NCBI GenBank assembly: GCA_963752475.1
Contig: CAVVYR010000008.1
Location: 384,001 to 448,000, forward strand
Source: an uncultured Chloroflexia bacterium
Lineage (GTDB): Bacteria; Chloroflexota; Limnocylindria; Limnocylindrales; CSP1-4
Direction of reading: 5' to 3'
Length of the DNA stretch: 64,000 bases
The position numbers and the translations under genes are program-made. The stretch's first letter is position 1. Every line of letters begins with the position of its first letter. The notes under the pieces were generated by a model. That model was not told where the DNA came from and ran no database searches. It saw only the letters and a program-made list of their open reading frames with translations. Positions 53,001-61,821 of the stretch are shown in pieces.

Positions 53001-55252
53001 ACGTGCTGGGCGACGCGCCCGACGGCGGCCCCACCGTCTACGTCGTGGAGCCCAAGGGGCGTTCGGTCTTCATCGATGTGCCGCTGCCCTTCGAGCCCCG
53101 CGACCTGCTCGCCGATACCCATGCTGGACGCCCGGATCTCGACCGCACGGAGTTGCTGGCCGTCGCTGGCGACGGCCGTGTCGCCGGCGTCGAGATCGGC
53201 GGCAATGCCTTCGGCTGGCGCATCGTGGGCGTGCTCTTCGGAGCGCTCACCGCGGCCCTGGCTTACCTCTTCGCGCGGGTGCTGTTCGCGAGGCGAAGCA
53301 TCGCGGTCATCGCCGGGGTGCTGGTACTTGCCGAAGGCATGTTCTTCGCCAACACGCGCATCGCCATGAACGACGTCTACGTCACGGCCTTCGTGCTGCT
53401 GGCCGCGCTGCTCCTGGCCCCGCTCTACCTGGCGCCACGGCGACCGTGGACCGCAGCCGGACTCGTACTGGGAGCGGGCCTGGCGCTTGGCCTGGCGCTG
53501 GCCTCGAAGTGGGTCGCGCTCTACGCCGTCGGCGGCCTCGGCCTGTTGGTCCTCTTCCGTTCGGCGCTCGGGCGAGCCATCGCGCTGCTGGCGATGATCG
53601 GCATGACCACGGCCCTGGGCACGATGGCCGTGCAGCCCGATGCCGGACCTGACGTCACCCGCAACTGGGCCTTCCTGCTGCTGATGCTGGTGCTCACCGG
53701 CCTGCTGGCGGCAGCGATGATCCGGCGACCGATGCCATGGACGAGGGCAGAGGTGGTCCTGGCGGTGGTCATGCCGATGGTCGCGGGCGTGGCCCTGTTC
53801 CTGCTCCGTCAGCCGACCTACGGTGGGCTGGCCATGATCTTCGGCGTGGTCATCGCCATCATCGCCTTGATCGCGACCATGACCGGACATGGCCCCTGGG
53901 CCTCGGCCCGTCCCGTGGAGCCGGGTACCAGCGCCTGGCTGCGGCCGGGCCCGGTGCACGTGCTGCCCTGGCTGCTCACCCTGGCTGCGCTGACGGTCGC
54001 GCCGGTGATCGTGTACCTCATCTCCTACTCCCCCTGGGTGGAGCTGGGCAACGATTGGGGCTTGCCGCTGCTGGGCAGTCTCCCGTTCCTGGCCGAGAGC
54101 ACCGACGGCGGGCGAACGATGGCCTCACTCACCGAGTCCATGTACCAGTACCACGACAACCTGCGGGCGGAACACGCGGCTTCGTCGCCGTGGTGGGCCT
54201 GGCCGCTGGATCTCAAGCCGGTCTGGTTCTTCCAGGAGCGCTACGACGACGACACCACCGGCCTCATCTACGACAGCGGCAACCTCGTCATCTTCTGGCT
54301 CGGGCTCGCCGGCATGGCCTTCAGCGCCCTCATGGCCTGGCGCCGCCGCAGCCTCGCCCTGACCGTGGTCGTGGTCATGTGGGCCGCGATGTGGATGCCC
54401 TGGGCGCGCGTCGATCGCGCGGCCTTCCAGTACCACGTCTACGCCAGCTTGCCCTTCATGCTCACCGCTCTGGCCTACTTCCTGGGCGAGCTCTGGCACG
54501 GACCCAGCTGGCGCGTCTGGTTCCTGGCTCGGGCGACCGCGGCCGTCGCCATCGTGGCTATCCCGCTGATGTGGCTCCTGCGCACGCCGCTGTGCATCAT
54601 CGCCGGTACGGCCGTGGCCAACCCCGATGGCGTGGCCTGTGCCCATGAGGTGACGCGCACGGCCCAGCTGAGCGAGGCCGGCGTGACCGCGCTGTTCGTG
54701 ACCGGCGCCGGCGCGGCCATGGCCGCGGCCATCGGCTGGCGCGCATCACGCCGCGACACCGACCGCGGCCAGGCTCTGTGGGCGGCCGTGCTGGCAGCAG
54801 TGGCACTGGCGACCGCCGTGGGGGTCATCGCGGCGCTGGCCTTCCTCGACTCCGGCTCGACGACCGGCCTGACCGTGTCCTCGGACGTGCTCGCGCTCAT
54901 CGGACTGATGGTGCTGGCCTTCCCGGCGGCCATCGCGCTGCGCGCCCGTGACCCGCGCCGGTTCGTGCTGGGTGTGCTCGTGGCTGCCGGTCTCTGGCTC
55001 CTGCTGTGGTACCCGAACATCTCCGGCCTGCCCTTGCCCTCGGACTTCGCCCACCTCTATCAGGGCCTGCTGCCCACCTGGAACTACGACTTCCAGTTCG
55101 CGGTCAACACCGATCCTGCCAGCGACAGCGGGGTCATCCAGCCCGGCCTGTTCATCATCGGCGGTATCACGCTCGTGTTCGTCAGCGCGGTCGCTGCTGT
55201 CGCTCGCCGCTGGGGTGAGGGCGGTGGCACCGGGCCCGGTCCGTTGGCCTAG
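50081..55252 (+). CDS. Giant (~1720 aa) fusion of a GT-C mannosyltransferase-like domain and a PMT/GT39 domain with an internal soluble insert
   Basis: Domain 1: DYPP, KLP, FNP...DSA.WGQ.D, KPQ, HERY; domain 2: YFDEVYHAR, THP.LAK, FGWR, R.AM.D, KW, H..SS.WW.WP..KP; promoter TGcTATACT 50030-50038, AGGAGG 50062; start uncertain. Confidence 0.85.
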   Translation: MTSTPVGGVGRSPGEPVRRLSTLALSPAILVLLLAGLLLRLLVAYVLFPGSGFESDLASYASWADSMAEFGPWGFYDNAGFADYPPAYLYVLWLVGSLSSAAVGAADLIKLPPMLLDVAVAYVIFRLVRGWTWPAARSEAQALAAAALYLFNPVAFYDSALWGQTDAAGALVVLLGLAALIRGNSEGAAALAALAALVKPQFGVVLIPIVAAVLLKRHLLRSGSGPRHRPWAPAGLARWLGSHQGPVRLLTSLLLALGAFYLVVLPFGFGLDHEPAADPLLVSIVEAFEGLPQAFSVWPLAVIEYLERMFGTAGGYGYLTVNAFNAWALVGVDGGPSLAEALRWSDDSIRLVGPIPGVIIGAVLLVAGFLWGVGRAAIRDDRWTLIVAVTFLAIAFFILPTRVHERYIFPAVALMPLLAVVSGRWALALLLLSAGAFINMHGILTLPLYGTANIETLPLGEWFRTSPLITLSAVLQTGVGLWVAAQLRPSLHTSPDAFERGARASLSPPLETASAPTGFAPPPPAGASDDATSGGTIRPSLLDHLVARLSWGSLRRDRSALLRREPGGRIDRVDLLVLVVLVVLTLTLRGYRLDQPVRMYFDEVYHARTATEFLQHWEYGEPHDIYEFTHPHLAKYAMAWGIRVAGGNELTGTADLDMTAKDAAIERRWAPEGDPDRRHGDRLYVAGGDQLGVYDLATRELVARIPLAAEAVAVDEQAHQLYLADPAGRLSRIDTTWLDALRDGAETAPSAIADAATAFSFGPGAPVQQLLVTDNSLVAVTLGSITTFERESGELLSERFAVGIEDVIELPWTERLILDTRQIDDREGTASVLAEALAQDADDIEEVLSRDGYVTLAAWLEGETTETISGYIETGVLTGAEFESAPLLAVADTAGIDVLDAWGLDLLDHIPTDEPATSLALANPDDSEPTLYATAGESIETVRVSDDGLAIPDTVWMPGAVRDLAWNEPAELMHVLGDAPDGGPTVYVVEPKGRSVFIDVPLPFEPRDLLADTHAGRPDLDRTELLAVAGDGRVAGVEIGGNAFGWRIVGVLFGALTAALAYLFARVLFARRSIAVIAGVLVLAEGMFFANTRIAMNDVYVTAFVLLAALLLAPLYLAPRRPWTAAGLVLGAGLALGLALASKWVALYAVGGLGLLVLFRSALGRAIALLAMIGMTTALGTMAVQPDAGPDVTRNWAFLLLMLVLTGLLAAAMIRRPMPWTRAEVVLAVVMPMVAGVALFLLRQPTYGGLAMIFGVVIAIIALIATMTGHGPWASARPVEPGTSAWLRPGPVHVLPWLLTLAALTVAPVIVYLISYSPWVELGNDWGLPLLGSLPFLAESTDGGRTMASLTESMYQYHDNLRAEHAASSPWWAWPLDLKPVWFFQERYDDDTTGLIYDSGNLVIFWLGLAGMAFSALMAWRRRSLALTVVVVMWAAMWMPWARVDRAAFQYHVYASLPFMLTALAYFLGELWHGPSWRVWFLARATAAVAIVAIPLMWLLRTPLCIIAGTAVANPDGVACAHEVTRTAQLSEAGVTALFVTGAGAAMAAAIGWRASRRDTDRGQALWAAVLAAVALATAVGVIAALAFLDSGSTTGLTVSSDVLALIGLMVLAFPAAIALRARDPRRFVLGVLVAAGLWLLLWYPNISGLPLPSDFAHLYQGLLPTWNYDFQFAVNTDPASDSGVIQPGLFIIGGITLVFVSAVAAVARRWGEGGGTGPGPLA

Positions 55253-56523
55253 ACCTCCGAGGACACCTCGGGCTCGTTGCCTGCGGCCGCCGCCTCGGCC
55301 GCGGCCTTGAGCTCGGCCTGGCGCAGGGCCTGCGTCTTGCTCCAGAGGCCGGGGGCGCGGTTCGGTGCCTCGGGGATCCCGGCGGAGAAACCCGAAGGGA
55401 GCGCATCCCGCGCCGCCAGTCGTCGGATGACGAAGCCGTAGTAGTCCTCGACCTTGGCCGTGATGTTCTCCCAGCCGTACTGGACCGCCCGTTCCCGGCC
55501 GAACTCGCCCATGCGTTCGCGCTGTGCCGGATCGCGCAGCAGCGTGCCCAGCGCGGCCGCCAGGCCCTCCACGTCGCGAGGCGGCACGAGCACCGCCTGC
55601 TCGTTGCGGCGGACGACGCCCTTGTAGCCGTGGATGTCGCTGCACACGATGGGCGTGCCTGAGGCCATGGCTTCGAGCAACACGATGCCGAACAATTCCT
55701 GCCCGGTGGCGGGGCCGGCATAGATGTCAGCGGTGGCGAAGGCACGGGCCTTGTCGTGATCGGACAGTCGTCCCAGCATCTCTACGCCACCCAGGCGCCG
55801 GGACTGGATGTAGCGCCGAGCCTCACCGGCCTGCGGTCCGTTGCCCACGACGAGCAGCCGGCAGCCGAGCCCTTCGAGCCGTAGCTGGTAGTAGGCGCGC
55901 AGCAGGTACATCAAGCCCTTGCGCTGTTCGAAGCGGCCGACGAAGAGGATGTTGGGCACACCGTCGTTCCAGCGCGCGAACGGCGGCACGTCGTCGAACT
56001 GCGAGAGGTCGACGCCGTTGGGGATGACCTTGTAGTCACCTGGGAAGTAGCGCTTGATGAAGTGCATGGCAGCGGCGCTGACCGCGATGCGGCCGTGCAG
56101 CCGCCGCGCCGGCGTGCGCATGAAGCGCTTGCCGAACTCGTACGAGGGGCTGAAGCCCGAGTAGGCGTGGAAGGTGGCGATGTTGACGGCCTTCGAGTAG
56201 CGCAGGAGGACCAGCGAGAGGAAGGGCACGAACGGCTCGTGAAAGTGGATGACGTCGAAGTCCTCGCGCTCGAGCATGTCCTGCACCAGGCCGGGATAGC
56301 GGTGCGAGACCGTGAGCGTGCCGACCGAGCCGTTGGTCGGCACCGACCAGCCGTAGCCGAGACGGATGATGTCGCCCTCGCTGGAGCGCTGCGGCCCGTG
56401 GGTAGCGCTGATGATGCGTACGTCGTGACCGCGTTTGACGAGGTTCTCGTACAGATAGCCGACGTGGGCGTTGACGCCACCCGGCAGCGGGAAGATGTAG
56501 GGCGTGACGAGGCCGATCTTCAT
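55249..56523 (-). CDS. PimA-like GT4 phosphatidyl-myo-inositol alpha-mannosyltransferase
   Basis: MKIG.V.PY....PGGV..HV, H.HEP, ATFH, RIAVS, GR.E.RKG, E.FGIVLLEAMA. Confidence 0.85.
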   Translation of the reverse strand: MKIGLVTPYIFPLPGGVNAHVGYLYENLVKRGHDVRIISATHGPQRSSEGDIIRLGYGWSVPTNGSVGTLTVSHRYPGLVQDMLEREDFDVIHFHEPFVPFLSLVLLRYSKAVNIATFHAYSGFSPSYEFGKRFMRTPARRLHGRIAVSAAAMHFIKRYFPGDYKVIPNGVDLSQFDDVPPFARWNDGVPNILFVGRFEQRKGLMYLLRAYYQLRLEGLGCRLLVVGNGPQAGEARRYIQSRRLGGVEMLGRLSDHDKARAFATADIYAGPATGQELFGIVLLEAMASGTPIVCSDIHGYKGVVRRNEQAVLVPPRDVEGLAAALGTLLRDPAQRERMGEFGRERAVQYGWENITAKVEDYYGFVIRRLAARDALPSGFSAGIPEAPNRAPGLWSKTQALRQAELKAAAEAAAAGNEPEVSSEV

Positions 56524-57392
56524 GCCCCGTCCTCCTCGGGCAGCCCGGCCGCCTCGCGATCGAAGGCCACGGGCCGTGCCTTCCCGCCGGGGTAGCCCAG
56601 GTCACGCCCGGTGCCGTCGCGGCGGATCTTGCCGCGGATCTCCACGCCCAGCGCGGCCACGTTCTTGCGCGTCTGCTGAGCGAACATGCCGACCTGGCTG
56701 CGCCAGGCGTACTCGCTGCCCTGCCAGCGGGTGTCTCGTTCGGCCAACGCCCGCCGCAAGCTCTCCTCGACCGTGCCGGTGCATCGGATGAGCGTCTGGG
56801 TCGTGCCCACGTTCTCGCGCTTGTGGGCATCGGAACCACCGGTCGCGGCGATGCCCAGCTCCTCGGCCAGAGCCGGCGCCCGTCGGCTCCAGTGACGCAA
56901 GGCCTTCCCGGCGGTGGTGGGGTTGAAGCCTTCCATGCCGTCAGGGTGGAAGATCGGGTCGGCCTCGTCCATGAGCCTGCGGATGGTGCGCTCGCTGGCA
57001 CACAGCGGGTACGGCGGCAACGGGTGGGCGATGACGGCCAGCCCGCCCTGCTCATGGATGCGTGCGATCGTGTCCTTGAGCGAGTACCAGGGTCGGATGC
57101 GCTCGGTCATGAAGAGCCCCAGCAGATGCCCGCCGCGGGTGGAGACCTCCTCGCCCACGATGACCTCGATGGGCCAGCCGCGGTACTCGGCCATGGCCTT
57201 GCCTGCGACCGCGGCGTCCATGCGCTCGTGGTCCGTGATGGCGACCGCGTCAAGGCCGGCGTCGAGCGCTGCCTGGATCATCGCCTCCACGCCATGGACG
57301 CCGTCCGAGGCGAGCGTGTGCGTATGCGGGTCGATGCGCAGGAAGGCATCGCCGGCATCTGCCGCGGGCTGCTCTCGGGCCTCGTCATTCAC
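56520..57392 (-). CDS. PHP-domain phosphoesterase
   Basis: D.HTHT..SDG, AITDH, GEE, AHP, GGSDAH; GTGA overlap with upstream stop. Confidence 0.88.
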   Translation of the reverse strand: MNDEAREQPAADAGDAFLRIDPHTHTLASDGVHGVEAMIQAALDAGLDAVAITDHERMDAAVAGKAMAEYRGWPIEVIVGEEVSTRGGHLLGLFMTERIRPWYSLKDTIARIHEQGGLAVIAHPLPPYPLCASERTIRRLMDEADPIFHPDGMEGFNPTTAGKALRHWSRRAPALAEELGIAATGGSDAHKRENVGTTQTLIRCTGTVEESLRRALAERDTRWQGSEYAWRSQVGMFAQQTRKNVAALGVEIRGKIRRDGTGRDLGYPGGKARPVAFDREAAGLPEEDGA

Positions 57393-58414
57393 GCTTGCTC
57401 GTCGTCCTCCCAGATGGGGAAGAACAGTGTGGTCCATTGTTCCGGAGCGCGTGCGATGACCCGCTCCATCGCTCGCACCTCCTGCTCGATGATCTGGCGC
57501 ATGGCCTCACGACGCTTGGCACCCGGCTGGGGCCGAAGCGGGACGGTGTGGCCCAGCCAGCAGCCGTCGTCGCTACGCTCGATGGCCTCCAGATAGAGCG
57601 GCGCTCCCGTCTGGATCGAGAGCATGGCCGGCCCGATGGGCAAGCGCATGGGGCCACCGAAGAGCTCGACGAGGGTGCCGCGACCGACGATGTTGCGGTC
57701 GGCCACGATGCCCACGGCCTCGCCGCGTTCGAGGGCGACCGTGAGTGCTTCGGCCGCGTTCTCCAGCGGCACGATGGTGACGTCGAGGTCGTTGCGCACG
57801 CGCTCGAAGTAGGCTCGAGCCAGGGGCGCCTCCACGAACTCCATGGGTCCGGTCAGCGGCAGAGGACCGACACGCGCTCCATAGATGGCCGAGAGGTCGA
57901 CCGAGCCGAAGTGCATGGCCATGTGGATGGGTCCGGGCTCGCCCGGCTCCGGTACCGAGAGCGCCTCTGCCGAGACCTCCGGGTCGACCGGCTTGAACCG
58001 ACGGTCCAACTCCTCACCGCTATAGCGCGGGCCGATAGCGGCCTCGAGGTAGGTCACCACCCAGTGCCCGAAGCAATCGCGCACCAGACGGTCCAGCGAG
58101 CGCTCGTCGGCTGCCGCACGACGGACGCGAGGCGTGGCCATGTCGTTCTCCACGAGCCAGTCGACCACACGTCGCAGGTTCGACTTCACCAGCCGGCGCC
58201 GTTCGGGCAACAGCAGGTAGATGCCCGCGCCGATGGTGAAGGCCGAGCGATACAGCGGCCGGTCGGGCAGCCGGCGGCCCAGCCAGAGGACGAACATCAG
58301 GATCCTGAAGATGACACGCTGGAGGTGGTTGAGCGACGGACCCGGTGGGGGTATGGGCTCGGTGATCGACTCGGGTGGGGTCTTGATGAACGGCTCGTGG
58401 ATCCTCTCAGGCAT
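57389..58414 (-). CDS. LpxL/PatA-family acyltransferase (copy B)
   Basis: HFGSVD (HX4D), ADR, V.LFG....P.GPA, PEQW. Confidence 0.85.
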   Translation of the reverse strand: MPERIHEPFIKTPPESITEPIPPPGPSLNHLQRVIFRILMFVLWLGRRLPDRPLYRSAFTIGAGIYLLLPERRRLVKSNLRRVVDWLVENDMATPRVRRAAADERSLDRLVRDCFGHWVVTYLEAAIGPRYSGEELDRRFKPVDPEVSAEALSVPEPGEPGPIHMAMHFGSVDLSAIYGARVGPLPLTGPMEFVEAPLARAYFERVRNDLDVTIVPLENAAEALTVALERGEAVGIVADRNIVGRGTLVELFGGPMRLPIGPAMLSIQTGAPLYLEAIERSDDGCWLGHTVPLRPQPGAKRREAMRQIIEQEVRAMERVIARAPEQWTTLFFPIWEDDEQA

Positions 58415-59414
58415 CGGGCACCTCGGCTTCGATCGCGCGGCGCTCGAGCTCGGTGGCCTCGGCCTCGGTCGCCGGCCACATGGGCTTGAACGTATACCAC
58501 TGGTCGGGGGCCTCGGCGACCATGTCCTCAAGCGCATCGGCGATGCCCTGGGTCGCGGCAGCGAGCGTGGCGGCCGAGGTGTCGGCGACCTCGATAGGTT
58601 CGTACATCACGGGCCTGAAGTGCCCGTCCTCGGTCCGTCGCGCCACCACCGGCACGATCAGCGCGTTGGTGCGAGCAGCGAGCGTGGCCGGTCCGGCCGG
58701 TAGCGTGGTCCAGGCGCCGAACAGCCTCACCGGCAGGCCATCGGAGCGATAGCCCCAGTCCACGACCATGCCCAGGATGGCCGGCTTGCGCATGACGCGG
58801 AAGATGTCGCGCAGCTTTTTCCAGGGGATGATGGTCACGCCCCAGCGAGCACGCGAGGCGTTGAGCGACTCGAAGAGCTCCGGGAAGGCGGAGTCGTCGG
58901 CGAGGCCGTAGGTCGGCAGCCCCTCGTTGGCATAGGCCCCGGCGAAGACCTCGATGCTGCCGATGTGGCCGGAGACCGCGATGATGCCGCGGCCCTCGTC
59001 CCGGCACCGACGGCAGAGGGCGAGGAAGCGCTCGTGTTGCTCCCCTTCCTTGAGCATGAGCCGCTCGGGCTCGTCCGCGGGCAGGCCCGGCAGCCGCATG
59101 ACCTCGATGGCGAAGCGCGAGTAGGTGCCGTACACGCGGCGCGCCAGGCCGGCCACGTCCTTGTGCGAGACGGGCAGGCCCAGCACGTGGGCAGCGTTGC
59201 GCTTGATGATGTGCCGCTTGGACGGCCACAGGTAGTAGCCGGCGAGGAAGCCGAACTTCGCGATCGGCTCACTGATGCGCAACGGTACGCGCACCAGCAG
59301 GAAGGACACGGCGCGGAAGGCCACCACCACCATCCGTTCCCAGGCTCGGGAGACGACTCTCTCGAGCCGTCCCCGGTCAGTGCGGCGGTGTGGTGCGTAT
59401 TCGACGCCGGACAC
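58407..59414 (-). CDS. LpxL/PatA-family acyltransferase (copy A)
   Basis: HIGSIE (HX4E), VD, V.LFG....P.GPA.LA, PDQW.TF.P.W. Confidence 0.85.
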   Translation of the reverse strand: MSGVEYAPHRRTDRGRLERVVSRAWERMVVVAFRAVSFLLVRVPLRISEPIAKFGFLAGYYLWPSKRHIIKRNAAHVLGLPVSHKDVAGLARRVYGTYSRFAIEVMRLPGLPADEPERLMLKEGEQHERFLALCRRCRDEGRGIIAVSGHIGSIEVFAGAYANEGLPTYGLADDSAFPELFESLNASRARWGVTIIPWKKLRDIFRVMRKPAILGMVVDWGYRSDGLPVRLFGAWTTLPAGPATLAARTNALIVPVVARRTEDGHFRPVMYEPIEVADTSAATLAAATQGIADALEDMVAEAPDQWYTFKPMWPATEAEATELERRAIEAEVPDA

Positions 59415-59424
59415 GTCCCTCCGT

Positions 59425-60594
59425 TCAGGCGATGGTGACCGCCTCCTGCTCCGACACGGCCGCCAGGACCGCCTCGGCCTCTTCGACCGCGTCCGACTCG
59501 ACACCGGTCAGGGTCGCGTTGTCCTCACCCGAGATGAAGGCCTCGACGCGCTCGCGGGCGATGTCGTCATGCAGCTGCTCGGGCGGGCTCTTCATGAAGT
59601 ATGCCGAGGGAGCCACGAGCGTGCCTGCCAGACCACGATCGAGACCGATCTTGGCGCAGCGGATGGCGTCGGTGATGACGCCGGCGCTGTTGGGGCTGTC
59701 CCATACCTCGAGCTTGAGCTCGGCCAGCAGCGGCACGTCACCGAAGGTCGTGCCCTCGATGCGGATGTTGCAGAACTTGCGGTCCTCCAGCCACGGCACG
59801 TGGTCCGAGGGGCCGACGTGGACCGCGCCTTCGGGGAGCTCGTAGTCGAGCTGCGAGGTGACGGCGTTGGTCTTGCTGATCTTCTTGGACTCGAGACGGT
59901 CGCGCTCGAGCATGTTCTGGAAGTCGGTGTTGCCCCCGAAGTTCAGCTGGTAGGTCCGGTCGACCTGCACGCCGCGGTCATCGAAGAGGCGGGTCAGCAC
60001 GCGGTGGGTGATGGTGGCACCGACCTGGCTCTTGATGTCGTCACCGATGACCGGCAGACCGGCTTCCGCGAACTTGGCCTGCCACTCGGGCTCACGGCCG
60101 ATGAAGACGGGGATGGCGTTGACGAAGGCCACGCCGGCCTCGATGGCCTGCTCGGCGTACCAGCGGGTGGCATCCTCGCTGCCGACCGGCAGGTAGGAGA
60201 CGAGCACGTCCACATCAGCGGCCTTGAGCGCAGCCACGACGTCGACCGGCTGGGCCTCGGACTCGGGCACCACATCGGCCACGTAGCGGCCGATGCCGTC
60301 CATCGTCGGGCCACGCTGCACGGTCACGCCGATCTGGGGCACGTCCATGAACTTGATGGTGTTGTTGGGCTTGGCGTAGATGGCCTCGCCCAGGTCCAGC
60401 CCGACCTTGTTGGCGTTGACGTCGAACGCGGCCACGAAGTCGATGTCGCGGACGTGGTAGTCGCCGAGCTTGACGTGCATCAGGCCGGGGACGAACTGGT
60501 CCTCAGCGGCGTTCTCGTAGTAGTAGCGGCCCTGGATGAGGCTGCTGGCGCAGTTGCCGACGCCGACGATAGCGACGCGAACCTTGTTGCTCAT
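59425..60594 (-). CDS. ino1: myo-inositol-1-phosphate synthase
   Basis: [46 protein letters not shown]. Confidence 0.95.
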   Translation of the reverse strand: MSNKVRVAIVGVGNCASSLIQGRYYYENAAEDQFVPGLMHVKLGDYHVRDIDFVAAFDVNANKVGLDLGEAIYAKPNNTIKFMDVPQIGVTVQRGPTMDGIGRYVADVVPESEAQPVDVVAALKAADVDVLVSYLPVGSEDATRWYAEQAIEAGVAFVNAIPVFIGREPEWQAKFAEAGLPVIGDDIKSQVGATITHRVLTRLFDDRGVQVDRTYQLNFGGNTDFQNMLERDRLESKKISKTNAVTSQLDYELPEGAVHVGPSDHVPWLEDRKFCNIRIEGTTFGDVPLLAELKLEVWDSPNSAGVITDAIRCAKIGLDRGLAGTLVAPSAYFMKSPPEQLHDDIARERVEAFISGEDNATLTGVESDAVEEAEAVLAAVSEQEAVTIA

Positions 60595-60616
60595 TGGGGG
60601 AGTTCTCCTGCCTGTG

Positions 60617-61288
60617 TCAGTCGTTGTTCGGGTTGGGGTCTTGCGAGGTAACGAAGCGGATGCGCTGGATGACCGTGATCGACGCCAGCACCGCGATGAG
60701 GCCGAGGCCGATCGCGAGGATGAGGCTGCCGGTGTCGGACACTTCGGGGGTAACGTCGAAGATGCCGGCGACCACGACAGCGATGCCGAGGATGACCGTG
60801 CGGACTTCGCGTGGGGCGAAGCCGATGGCGGCCATGCCTGTGCCACTCGAGAAGCCGAGCGACTCGCTCTTGGCGCGGGTGTAGCTGACCATGAAGGCCG
60901 ACACCAACGCCGCGGTCGCCAGCCAGGCCCCGAGGTCGAAGCCTGCTCGCGTGGAACCGATGACGATGCCCAGATAGACGACCCCTTCGCCCCAGCGGTC
61001 GAAGGTGCTGTCCATGAAGGCACCGAGCTTGCTCACCTGCCCGGTAGCGCGCGCGACCGCACCATCGAACATGTCGAAACCCGCGCCGACCGTGGCCACG
61101 ATGCCGGCGAGGAGCCATAGTTCGAAGGCGGCCAGCACACCGCCGAGCGAGGCGATGCCGAAGCCGATGAGTGTGAGCATGTTGGGCGTGAGCCCTGCTC
61201 GATGCATGGCCAGGGCGATGGGCTCGACCCTGGCGCGGATACCGGAGCGCTGCTCCGGGCTGATGAACGATCCCTTGCCCACGATCAC
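60617..61288 (-). CDS. CDP-alcohol phosphatidyltransferase, PIP synthase-like
   Basis: TPN..T, D..DG..AR...S..GAF.DS..DR, VSY.RAK.E; adjacent to ino1. Confidence 0.88.
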   Translation of the reverse strand: MIVGKGSFISPEQRSGIRARVEPIALAMHRAGLTPNMLTLIGFGIASLGGVLAAFELWLLAGIVATVGAGFDMFDGAVARATGQVSKLGAFMDSTFDRWGEGVVYLGIVIGSTRAGFDLGAWLATAALVSAFMVSYTRAKSESLGFSSGTGMAAIGFAPREVRTVILGIAVVVAGIFDVTPEVSDTGSLILAIGLGLIAVLASITVIQRIRFVTSQDPNPNND

Positions 61289-61623
61289 TCCTCCTCCTCG
61301 AGCCCCAGGAGCAGCAGCTCCTGAGCGTGGAACCGCAGCAGGGCCTCCCGGCCCAGGCTGCAGATGGTTTCGCGGCCTTGCCGGCGGGTCTCGACGAGAC
61401 CCGCGGCCCTGAGGCGGCGCAGGTGCCACGAGACGAGCGGTTGGCTCAGGTCGACGTGGCGCATGAGGTCGGTGACGGTGCCGTCGCCCGCCGCCAGTCG
61501 CTGGAGCATGCGCAGGCGCGTCGGGTCGGCGAGGGCCTTGTGCACCAAGGCCATGGTCTTGAGATCCGCGGGCGGATCGGTGACGGCGGCGATGGTGGAA
61601 CGGATTCGTGCCGGAGTCGGCAA
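61285..61623 (-). CDS. ArsR/SmtB-family transcriptional regulator
   Basis: KALADPTRL, LSQPLVS.HL..LR.AGLV..RR.G; TTG 61623 with GGAGG RBS (start uncertain). Confidence 0.88.
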   Translation of the reverse strand: MPTPARIRSTIAAVTDPPADLKTMALVHKALADPTRLRMLQRLAAGDGTVTDLMRHVDLSQPLVSWHLRRLRAAGLVETRRQGRETICSLGREALLRFHAQELLLLGLEEEE

Positions 61624-61644
61624 GCGGCCCTCCGCTGGGAAGCT

Positions 61645-61686
61645 ACAACACAACAATATGTATTTATATAAGCGGAAGTTGATGCT
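61645..61686. promoter_or_regulatory. AT-rich divergent promoter/operator between ArsR and MFS genes
   Basis: ACAACACAACAATATGTATTTATATAAGCGGAAGTTGATGCT, strongly AT-rich against the GC-rich background. Confidence 0.5.
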
Positions 61687-61821
61687 AGAGCGCCCGGGGA
61701 TGTCTTGTCAACCCATCGCCCGTGCGCGTACGCCGGGCGTCGCGCATCATTCCGCCATGCACTCGCCCGGCGCGGGCCTCAGGGAAGAGGTCGCGAGCTC
61801 CCTTCGTACTCGGGTCCCAGC

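Noticed and set aside
52025-53197. Insert in PMT as an intein
   Set aside because: No N-terminal Cys/Ser, no terminal His-Asn followed by Cys/Ser/Thr, no LAGLIDADG motifs
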